A stretch of DNA of 32,000 nt. It comes from Alkalilimnicola ehrlichii MLHE-1 (lineage in GTDB: Bacteria > Pseudomonadota > Gammaproteobacteria > Nitrococcales > Halorhodospiraceae). The notes under the pieces were generated by a model, which had not been told where the DNA came from, made no database searches, and worked only from the letters and a program-made list of their open reading frames with translations. Within the stretch, counting starts at the first letter, position 1, and every line of letters begins with the position of its first letter. Shown in pieces: positions 1 through 8,400 of the stretch. The stretch lies in the NCBI RefSeq assembly GCF_000014785.1, contig NC_008340.1, positions 630,001-662,000 of the forward strand. The letters are read 5' to 3'. The position numbers and the translations under genes were made by a program.

Positions 1-2149
1 CTTCACCCGCCAGGAGCTGGCCGATCTGCTCGAACTGAACGACCCCGAACAGCAGGAAGGGCTGCGTCGGCGCCTGCGCGCCATGGAGCGCGACGGGCAA
101 CTGGTGCGCAACCGCCGGCGCGGCTATGTCATCGTTGACAACCGCGACCTGGTGCGCGGCCGCATCCAGGGGCACCAGAACGGCTCCGGCTGGCTGCGCC
201 CGGACGATGGCAGTCCCTGGGTCTATCTGCCCCCCAGGCAGATGAAGGCCCTGATGCACGGCGACCGAGCCATCGCCCGGGTGGTGGGCCTGGGTGAGGA
301 CAAGCGCCCCGAGGGCGAGCTGGTGGAGGTGCTGGAGCGCGCCAACAGCCGGTTGCTGGGCCGCTACTTCGAGGAAAGCGGCATCGGCTTCGTGGTGCCG
401 GAGAACAAGCGCATGAGTCACGACATCATCGTGCCGGCCCACGAGGGCGCCGATGCGGTGAGCGGGCAGATGGTGGTGGTCGAGATCCGCTCCCAGCCCA
501 CCGAGCGGCGCCAGCCCATCGGCCAGGTGGTGGAGGTGCTCGGGGAGCACATCGACCCCGGCATGGAGATCAAGGTCGCCGCCGAGACCTACGGCATCCC
601 CGTGGAATGGCCGGAAGCGGTGGATGCCGAGACCGCTCACCTGGGCGAGGAGGTGCCCGAAGCGGCCAAGGCCGACCGGGTCGACCTGCGCAACACACCG
701 CTGGTCACCATCGACGGTGCCGACGCCCGGGACTTCGATGACGCCGTCTACTGCGAGCCCACCCCCAGCGGCTGGAAGCTCACCGTGGCCATCGCCGACG
801 TCTCCCATTACGTCCGCCCAGGCGCTGCCCTGGACGACGAGGCCCGGAACCGCGCCACCTCGGTCTACTTTCCGCGCAACGTGGTGCCCATGCTGCCCGA
901 GGTGCTCTCCAACGGGCTCTGCTCGCTGAACCCGAAGGTGGATCGGCTGTGCATGGCCTGTGAGATGCTTATCGACCGCAACGGCGAGATCAAGCGCTCA
1001 CGCTTTCTGCGTGGGGTCATGCGCTCGCACGCCCGCTTTACCTACGAGCAGGTCTGGGGGCTGCTCCAGGGCGACGACCCGGAGGGCGCGGCGGAGCACG
1101 CCGAACTGCTGCCCCATCTGCACCACCTCTACGAGCTGTACGGCGCCCTGCGCCAGGCGCGGGAGCGGCGCGGTGCGATCGACTTCGAGAGCAGTGAGGC
1201 CGATATCGAGTTCGATGATCAGGGCCGGATCGTCAACATCGCGCCCACCCGGCGCAACGACATCCACAAGCTCATCGAGGAGTGCATGATCGCAGCCAAC
1301 GTCTGCGCCGCCCGTTTCCTTGAGCGCCAGCGGATCGGGGGGCTTTACCGGGTGCACGACACCCCGCCGGAGGACCGGCTGCTGTCGCTGCGCGAGTTCC
1401 TCAACGGCATCGGCCTGCCCCTGGGCGGCGGTGACAAGCCGCGGGCGGCGGACTACGCCGAGGTGATGCGCAAGGTGCAGGACCGGCCCGACCGCCACCT
1501 GATCGAGACGGTGATGCTGCGCTCCATGCAGGCCGCCGACTACCGGCCGGACAACTCCGGCCACTTCGGCCTGTCGCTGGATGCCTACGCCCACTTCACC
1601 TCCCCCATCCGCCGCTACCCGGACCTGATGGTCCACCGCGCCATCGGCCACATCCTGGACGGCGGCAAGGGGAGCGACTACCCGGTGCGCCACGATGAGC
1701 TGGTGGCCCTGGGCGAGCACTGCTCCACCTGCGAGCGCCGCGCCGACGATGCCACCCGCGACGCGCTGCTGACCCTCAAGTGCGAGTACATGCAGCAGCA
1801 CCTGGGTGACGAGTTCAACGGCGTCATCTCCGGGGTCACCAGCTTTGGCCTGTTCATCGAACTGGAGGACCTGTTCGTGGACGGGCTGGTGCACGTTACC
1901 CAGCTTGAGAGTGATTTCTTCCACTTCGATCCGGCCAGCCACCGCCTGGTCGGCGAGCGCACCGGCAAGGCGTACCAGCTCACCGACCGCGTCCGGGTAA
2001 AGATCGCCCGGGTGGACAAGGACGAGCGCAAGATCGACTTTGCCATGGTGGCCCACCCGCTGGATGCCCAGGGCAACCCCCTGCCCGGAAGCGAGCAGGG
2101 CGGCAGGGGCAAACAGGGCGGGCGTAAGCGGAGGAGCCGCCGGCAGTGA
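1..2149 (+). CDS. rnr: Ribonuclease R, 5'-partial (frame open from base 2 to the window edge)
   Basis: The frame of ORF 83..2149 stays open upstream to base 2 (FTRQELADLLELNDPEQQEGLRRRLRAMERDGQL, N-terminal HTH-like region). RNB catalytic blocks are present (TIDGADARDFDDAV; HFGLSLDAYAHFTSPIRRYPDL). There is a C-terminal S1 domain (GVISGVTSFGLFIEL) and a Lys/Arg-rich tail. rlmB follows immediately. Confidence 0.9.
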   Translation, partial: FTRQELADLLELNDPEQQEGLRRRLRAMERDGQLVRNRRRGYVIVDNRDLVRGRIQGHQNGSGWLRPDDGSPWVYLPPRQMKALMHGDRAIARVVGLGEDKRPEGELVEVLERANSRLLGRYFEESGIGFVVPENKRMSHDIIVPAHEGADAVSGQMVVVEIRSQPTERRQPIGQVVEVLGEHIDPGMEIKVAAETYGIPVEWPEAVDAETAHLGEEVPEAAKADRVDLRNTPLVTIDGADARDFDDAVYCEPTPSGWKLTVAIADVSHYVRPGAALDDEARNRATSVYFPRNVVPMLPEVLSNGLCSLNPKVDRLCMACEMLIDRNGEIKRSRFLRGVMRSHARFTYEQVWGLLQGDDPEGAAEHAELLPHLHHLYELYGALRQARERRGAIDFESSEADIEFDDQGRIVNIAPTRRNDIHKLIEECMIAANVCAARFLERQRIGGLYRVHDTPPEDRLLSLREFLNGIGLPLGGGDKPRAADYAEVMRKVQDRPDRHLIETVMLRSMQAADYRPDNSGHFGLSLDAYAHFTSPIRRYPDLMVHRAIGHILDGGKGSDYPVRHDELVALGEHCSTCERRADDATRDALLTLKCEYMQQHLGDEFNGVISGVTSFGLFIELEDLFVDGLVHVTQLESDFFHFDPASHRLVGERTGKAYQLTDRVRVKIARVDKDERKIDFAMVAHPLDAQGNPLPGSEQGGRGKQGGRKRRSRRQ

Positions 2150-2886
2150 GCGAGCCGGAGCTGCTTTACGGCCTGCACGCGGTGCGGGCCGCGGCGGCCT
2201 GTGATGCCGATGCCATCGAAGCGGTCTGGGTGGAGAAGGGCCGTCGCGACGCCAAGCTGGTCCGGGTGCTCCGCAGCCTGGAGGGGCGCGGCCTGCGTAT
2301 CCAGCGTGTCTCCCGCAAGCAGCTCGACGAGCTGACCGAAGGCGGGGTGCATCAGGGGGTCGCGATCCGCTATCGCGGCCCCCGGCCGCTGGACGACAAT
2401 GACCTGGACGCCTGTCTGGACGGATTGTCCGGGCCCGCTTTCCTGCTGGTGCTGGACCAGGTGCAGGACCCGCACAACCTGGGGGCCTGTCTGCGCAGCG
2501 CCGAGGCCGCCGGGGTGCACGGGGTGATTGCGCCGCGCGACCGGGCCGCCGGTCTCACCCCGGTGGTCCATAAGGTCTCCAGCGGTGCGGCGGCGCGGGT
2601 GCCGTACTTTCAGGTCACCAACCTCGCGCGCACCCTGGCCGGGCTGCGCGACCGCGGTATTTGGCTGGTGGGCGCGGCCGGCGAGGCCGGGGCGGCGCAT
2701 TGGGAGGCCGACCTCACCGGTCCGCTGGCCCTGTGCATGGGGGCCGAGGGCAGGGGCCTGCGGCGACTCACCCGCGAGGCCTGTGACCTGCTGGTGCACA
2801 TCCCCATGGCCGGGCGGGTGGAGAGCCTGAACGTCTCCGTGGCCACCGGAGTGGTGCTCTGGGAGGCCCTGCGCCAGCGGCGTTGA
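2146..2886 (+). CDS. rlmB: 23S rRNA (guanosine-2'-O)-methyltransferase RlmB, SpoU/TrmH family
   Basis: SpoU motifs are present (LDQVQDPHNLGACLRSA, LCMGAEGRGL, IPMAGRVESLNVSVA). The GTG start overlaps the rnr TGA stop (GTGA at 2146-2149). The rnr-rlmB pairing is conserved. Confidence 0.85.
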   Translation: MSEPELLYGLHAVRAAAACDADAIEAVWVEKGRRDAKLVRVLRSLEGRGLRIQRVSRKQLDELTEGGVHQGVAIRYRGPRPLDDNDLDACLDGLSGPAFLLVLDQVQDPHNLGACLRSAEAAGVHGVIAPRDRAAGLTPVVHKVSSGAAARVPYFQVTNLARTLAGLRDRGIWLVGAAGEAGAAHWEADLTGPLALCMGAEGRGLRRLTREACDLLVHIPMAGRVESLNVSVATGVVLWEALRQRR

Positions 2887-2891
2887 ATCTT

Positions 2892-2920
2892 TTGATCTTT
2901 CCCGGTACCCCGATTATACT
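2892..2920 (+). promoter_or_regulatory. Candidate sigma70 promoter of the rpsF operon (TTGATC-17-TATACT)
   Basis: -35 ttgatc at 2892-2897, 17-bp spacer, -10 tatact at 2915-2920. It lies about 108 nt upstream of the rpsF ATG in the only sizeable gap after rlmB. Confidence 0.4.
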
Positions 2921-3027
2921 TGCCGGCTTGTCAAAACCTTGCCTTACGGCCCGTTGATGATCGCACCGGGCCGAAGGCTGTTCAGGCCCGCGGGGGACCG
3001 TGGGCCGAATACCCGAAAGGAGTGAGC

Positions 3028-3387
3028 ATGCGACACTACGAGATCGTCTTCATGGTCCATCCGGACCAGAGCGAGCAGGTGCCCTCGATGATCGAGCGTT
3101 ACACCGGTATCGTCGAGTCCAACGGTGGCAAGGTGCACCGTCTGGAGGACTGGGGCCGCCGGCAGCTCGCCTACCCCATCAACAAGCTCATCAAGGCCCA
3201 TTACGTCCTGATGAACGTCGAGTGCGGCAAGGACGAGCTGGACGAGCTGGAATCGCTGTTCCGGTTCAACGACGCCGTTATCCGCAACATGGTCCTCGGT
3301 CGCGACGAGGCCGTCACCGAGCCGTCCCCGCTGGCCCGCAGCCAGGAGAAGGACGAGGAAGAGGGCGGCCGCACGGCCGAGGCCTAA
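3028..3387 (+). CDS. rpsF: 30S ribosomal protein S6
   Basis: [18 protein letters not shown]... with an acidic C-terminal tail. ATG at 3028 is preceded by AAAGGAG (3016-3022). The upstream part of ORF 2920..3387 is non-coding leader. Confidence 0.95.
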   Translation: MRHYEIVFMVHPDQSEQVPSMIERYTGIVESNGGKVHRLEDWGRRQLAYPINKLIKAHYVLMNVECGKDELDELESLFRFNDAVIRNMVLGRDEAVTEPSPLARSQEKDEEEGGRTAEA

Positions 3388-3396
3388 GGGGTCGCC

Positions 3397-3738
3397 GTGT
3401 CTGACGGGCAGACCAGCAACCGGGTGATCTTCACCGGGGTGCTGGTGGACCGGGTCAGCCTGCGCGAGTCCCCCGCCGGCATCCCCATCGCCCGCTTCGC
3501 CCTGGATCACCAGTCGGCGCAGAGCGAGGCCGGGGTGCCCCGCAGCCAGATGCTGCGGGTGGGGGTCAGGGCCGCCGGCAAGGCGCTCTGCCAGGGGCTG
3601 GACCGCCTGCCCGCCGGCACACCGCTGGAAGTCCGGGGTTACCTGGCGCGCAGCGATCAGCGCGAGGACTACAAGCTGATCCTCTGCGCCAAACGGATCA
3701 CCCGGCTCGATACCACCGAAGAATCTCATCAGGAGTAA
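3397..3738 (+). CDS. priB: Primosomal replication protein PriB (SSB-fold)
   Basis: Located between rpsF and rpsR as in E. coli. NRVIFTGVL...[22 protein letters not shown] parallels E. coli PriB NRLVLSGTV...[22 protein letters not shown]. GTG start at 3397 follows an AAGGGG RBS. Confidence 0.8.
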   Translation: MSDGQTSNRVIFTGVLVDRVSLRESPAGIPIARFALDHQSAQSEAGVPRSQMLRVGVRAAGKALCQGLDRLPAGTPLEVRGYLARSDQREDYKLILCAKRITRLDTTEESHQE

Positions 3739-3743
3739 TCGAC

Positions 3744-3968
3744 ATGGCACGCTTTTTCCGCCGCCGCAAGTACTGCCGTTTCACCGCCGAGGGTGTGAAG
3801 GAGATCGACTACAAGGATCTCAACACCCTGCGCAACTACGTCACCGAGACCGGCAAGATCGTCCCCAGCCGGATCACCGGCACCAGTGCCCGTTACCAGC
3901 GCCAGCTGGCCCGGGCCATCAAGCGGGCCCGGTACCTGGCCCTGCTGCCGTACACCGATCGCCACTGA
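3744..3968 (+). CDS. rpsR: 30S ribosomal protein S18
   Basis: [79 protein letters not shown] upstream. Confidence 0.95.
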   Translation: MARFFRRRKYCRFTAEGVKEIDYKDLNTLRNYVTETGKIVPSRITGTSARYQRQLARAIKRARYLALLPYTDRH

Positions 3969-3988
3969 GCCGCTCACGGCCGATAGCT

Positions 3989-4867
3989 ATGCGCGCTCTC
4001 GCTGAGTTCGTGATGCGCGGGCGCTGGCAGGCGGTGGCCGTCGCGGCCGGCGCCGGCCTGGTGCCGTTGCTGGGCTGGCTGGGTGCCGCGGTGCTGGCGC
4101 TGGTGACCCTGCGGCGCGGGATCGGTGACGGGGTCGGTGTGGCCCTGCCGGCGCTGGCCGGGCTGGGCGCCGTCTACTGGCTGCTTATGGGCACGCCGGC
4201 GCCGGCCTTGCAGATGGCCATTGAGCTCTGGGCGCCGGTGCTGCTGCTGGCCTTCTGGCTGCGGCGTACGGTCTCGTTGGCCATCGCCCTGCAGATCCTG
4301 GGCGTGCTCGGGGCCCTGGCGGTGGTCGCGCTGCACCTGATGCAGGCGGATCTGCACGCCTACTGGCGGGAGGTCATGGAGGCCGTGCTCGGCGGTGTGC
4401 CGCAGGACGATGCCACCTGGCAGATGTTCGACGAGAACATGCTACCGCGGATGACCGGCTTCTGGGCCGTGGGGCTCATGGGGGCGGCGCTGCTGGCACT
4501 GCTGCTGGGCCGCTGGTGGCAGGCACTGCTGTACAATCCGGGCGGCTTCCAGGCCGAATTCCACGGTCTGGATATCGGTCGTGAGGCGGGTATCCTGGCC
4601 CTGGTCCTGGTGGCCGCGGGCATGTTCACCGGGGTCGGGCTGATGGCCGATCTGGCGTTGGTGGCCAGTGCCCTGTTCGCGGTGCAGGCCATGGCGCTGA
4701 CCCACGCCTACGTCAAGGCACGGGAGATGAGCGTGGCCTGGCTGGTGGCGGCCTACTTGATGATGCCGCTGGTGTTTCAACTGGTGGCGCTGGTCGGCAT
4801 CGCCGATGCCTTGTTCAAGTGGCGCCGCCGGCTGGGCGATCCGAATCAGAACGATTACCCGGGCTGA
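3989..4867 (+). CDS. Multi-pass inner-membrane protein embedded in the S6-L9 ribosomal operon (possibly DUF2232/YybS-like; family not verified)
   Basis: 292 aa, almost entirely hydrophobic helices with high GC3 like its neighbours. It occupies the rpsR-rplI slot, where from memory Pseudomonas and Bacillus (yybS) also carry a membrane protein. No clear RBS, so the start is uncertain. Confidence 0.6.
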   Translation: MRALAEFVMRGRWQAVAVAAGAGLVPLLGWLGAAVLALVTLRRGIGDGVGVALPALAGLGAVYWLLMGTPAPALQMAIELWAPVLLLAFWLRRTVSLAIALQILGVLGALAVVALHLMQADLHAYWREVMEAVLGGVPQDDATWQMFDENMLPRMTGFWAVGLMGAALLALLLGRWWQALLYNPGGFQAEFHGLDIGREAGILALVLVAAGMFTGVGLMADLALVASALFAVQAMALTHAYVKAREMSVAWLVAAYLMMPLVFQLVALVGIADALFKWRRRLGDPNQNDYPG

Positions 4868-4907
4868 ATGCACGGGTCTACATTCCGACTGTCGAGGTCT
4901 GAGAACG

Positions 4908-5360
4908 ATGGAAGTCATACTGCTGGAAAAGGTGGCCAACCTGGGTGATCTGGGTGATCGCGTGAAGGTCCGCCCGGGCTACGGCCGCAACTACCTGGTG
5001 CCGCAGGGCAAGGCCAAGCCGGCCACCAAGGAGAACATCCGCTACTTCGAGGAGCGCCGTGCCGAGCTCGAGCGCCAGGCCCAGGAGGCGCTGGCCGCTG
5101 CTGAGGCGCGCAAGGAGCAGCTCGAGGGGCTTACCGTCACCATCAGTGCCAAGTCCGGTGAAGAGGGCAAGCTCTTCGGCTCGGTGGGCACCCAGGATGT
5201 GGCCGACGCCATTACCGCCGCCGGCGTCGAGGTGGCGCGCCGCGAGGTGCGGATGCCCGAAGGCCCGATCCGGGTCACCGGCGAGTACGAGCTGGAGCTG
5301 GGTCTGCACACCGACGTCACGGCGCTGGTCAAGGTGGTGGTGCAGTCCCAGGAGGCGTAA
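4908..5360 (+). CDS. rplI: 50S ribosomal protein L9
   Basis: [36 protein letters not shown]... begins at the internal ATG 4908 of ORF 4806..5360. Confidence 0.95.
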   Translation: MEVILLEKVANLGDLGDRVKVRPGYGRNYLVPQGKAKPATKENIRYFEERRAELERQAQEALAAAEARKEQLEGLTVTISAKSGEEGKLFGSVGTQDVADAITAAGVEVARREVRMPEGPIRVTGEYELELGLHTDVTALVKVVVQSQEA

Positions 5361-5464
5361 GCCGGGTGTGCCGCCGTCCGCCGGTTTCGTGGGGGGTGCA
5401 GTGCACGGCTGCGCCCTCGGAGTGTTCGCGTTAACCTGCCGTTGACGGCAGTCCCGGCGGTGAT

Positions 5465-8400
5465 ATGGCCCAGACGGAATCCAGCTCGGCAGCGACAGAC
5501 GCGCTCAAGGTTCCGCCTCACTCCATAGAGGCGGAACAGGCCGTGCTCGGCGGCCTGATGCTGGATAACAACGCCTGGGACCAGGTGGCGGACCGGGTCA
5601 CGGAGGAGGACTTCTACCGCCGTGACCACCGACTGATCTGGCGGGCCATCGCCACCCTGGCCGACGAGGGCCAGCCGGTGGATGCCGTCACCATCTCCGA
5701 ATGGCTCAAGAACCACGAGCTGCTCGAGGCCGCCGGCGGCATGGGCTACCTGGGGGCGCTGGCCAGCGACACCCCCAGCGCCGCCAACATCAAGGCCTAC
5801 GCCGACATCGTCCGCGAGCGCTCGGTGATGCGCCAACTGATCCGCGTTGGCACCGACGTGGTGGACAGCGCCTTCCAGCCGGAGGGACGCGACAGCAAGA
5901 CGCTGCTGGACGAGGCCGAACGCCGCATCTTCCAGATCGCCGAGCAGACCGGCCGCCACAAGCAGGGCTTCCGTGGCCTGAAGGAACTGCTGCCCGGCGT
6001 GGTCGAGCGCATCGACCAGCTCTACCGCCAGGACGGCGAGGTCACCGGCCTGGCCACCGGCTTCGACGACTTCGACCGCATGACCTCCGGCCTGCAGAAC
6101 GGTGATTTGGTCATCGTGGCGGGAAGGCCGTCGATGGGCAAATGCATTATGGCCGGCTCCCGGCTGGTGGACCCGCGCACCGGCGGCAGGGTCACCATCG
6201 ATGAACTGGTGGCACGGCAGGAGGCAGAAGTCCTGACACTGGGCGACGACTTCCGCCTGGGGATGGCCCGCCCCGCCGCCTTCGTCGATGATGGCATCAA
6301 GCCGGTCTATCGGGTGCGCACGGCCAGCGGTCGTGAGATCGCCACCACGCTGACCCATCCCTTCCTGACCGGGGACGGCTGGCGCCCGTTGAGCGAAATC
6401 GGTGTCGGCGAGCACGTGGCGGTCCCGCGGCGCATCCCGGTATTCGGTCGGGAACGGCTGCCCGAGCATCAGGTGAAGCTCCTAGCCTACTTCCTGGGGG
6501 ACGGGGGGACCACGCAGACCAGCCCCCTGTTCACCAATGCCGATGAGCGAGTCCGGGGAGACTTCACCGACGCGGTGACGGCTATGGGTGGGGTGCGCTG
6601 TGTCCCGGTGGGCTCCCCGGGGCGCACGCCGTCATTGCGGGTCAGCCGGTGTCGCACGGCGCTCCAATCCGGTCGGGATGTCTTCGCGAAAGCGCTCAAG
6701 GGCGCCATGCAGCAGCTTCAGCTCACCGGTGAGGCGCTGGCCGACGCCTTGGGGGTCAGTAAGGCGGCGGTCAGCGGTTGGATCAATGCCCGGACCGTTC
6801 CGGCACCGGCGACCTATCAGAGACTCTGTGCCACGCTGGCATCCAGTGGCCAGGCGCTTCCGGGGACGGACTACGCGGATATCGGGAAGAACAGCCCGAA
6901 TCCGGTGGCCGCTTTCCTGGACCGGCACCGGCTTTGGGGCAGGCTGGCGACGGAAAAAGCCGTTCCCGAGGTGGTCTTCCGCTTGAAACGCGGGCAACTG
7001 GCGCTGTTCCTCAGCCGGCTCTTTGCCTGCGATGGGAGCGCGTTTGTTCAGGGTAACGGCCAGGCCCGGATCAGTTACGCCACCTCCAGCCGTGCCCTCG
7101 CCAGGGACGTCCAGCATCTGCTGCTGCGCTTTGGCATCCTCAGCAAACTGCGGGAGAAGCGAAACCGGTACCCCGGGCTGCAACACGCGCCCTGGGAGCT
7201 TGAGGTGATGGACCAGGCCAGCCTCCGCGCCTTTTGCGAGGAGATTGGCATCTTCTCCAAGGAGGAGCAGGTCAGGGGCGTGCGCGAGGCCCTGGCGGGA
7301 AAGCGGCGACACAACAACGTCGGTGGCTTGCCCTGGTCGGTGAGCCGCTACGTGCTCGCCGCCAAGGGGGAGCGGAGTTGGGGCGACATCTACCAGGCGG
7401 CGGGCCGGGTGTTGCCAGAGGGTTTCAACGCGCACCTGACCGGTCGCAGCGCTCGCCGTCTTTCTCGCCACCGCGCCAGTGAACTGGCTGACCTGCTGCA
7501 GGACGACTACCTGGCCCGGCTCGCCACCTCTGATCTGCATTGGGACGAGATCGTCGAGATCGAGTACATCGGCGCGCACCAGGTCTACGACCTGACCGTG
7601 GACGGTACCCACAACTTTGTCGCCGAGGATGTCTGCGTCCACAACACCACCTGGGCGATGAACATCGTCGAGCACGCGGCGATGAAGCAGGAGGCGCCCA
7701 CGGCGGTGTTCAGCATGGAGATGCCCGGTGACTCGCTGGCGATGCGTATGCTCTCGTCGCTCGGCCGGGTGGAACTGCAGCGCATCCGTTCCGGCCGGCT
7801 GGAGGACGACGACTGGCCGCGCCTCACCTCCACGCTCAGTCTGCTCTCCCAGGCCAAGCTGTTCATCGACGACACCCCGGGGCTGTCCCCCTCCGAGATG
7901 CGCGCCCGGGCCCGCCGGCTCAAACGGGAGCACGGCCTGGGGCTGATCGTCATCGACTATCTGCAGCTCATGCAACTGCCCGGGGCGAAGGAAAACCGCG
8001 CCCAGGAGCTCTCCGAGATCTCCCGCTCGCTCAAGGGGCTTGCCAAGGAGCTGGACGTTCCGGTCATCGCCCTGTCCCAGCTCAACCGTTCGCTGGAACA
8101 GCGCCCCAACAAGCGCCCGGTTATGTCCGATCTTCGCGAATGCGTGACCGGCGATACCCGCGTGCTTCTCGCGGACGGCCAACGGGTGCCAATCCGCGAT
8201 CTGGTGGGGCAGACGCCGGAGGTCATCTCGGTCAATGCAGAGGGCAGGTTGGAGCCGGCCAAAACGGACTTGGTCTGGTCCGTTGGCGTAAGGCCATTGC
8301 TCCAGGTCAGGTTGGCCAGTGGCCGTACGATCCGCTGCACGCCCGAACATCGGCTTCGCGGGCTCTGGGACTGGAAAGAAGCGCGTGATATCCGTGTGGG

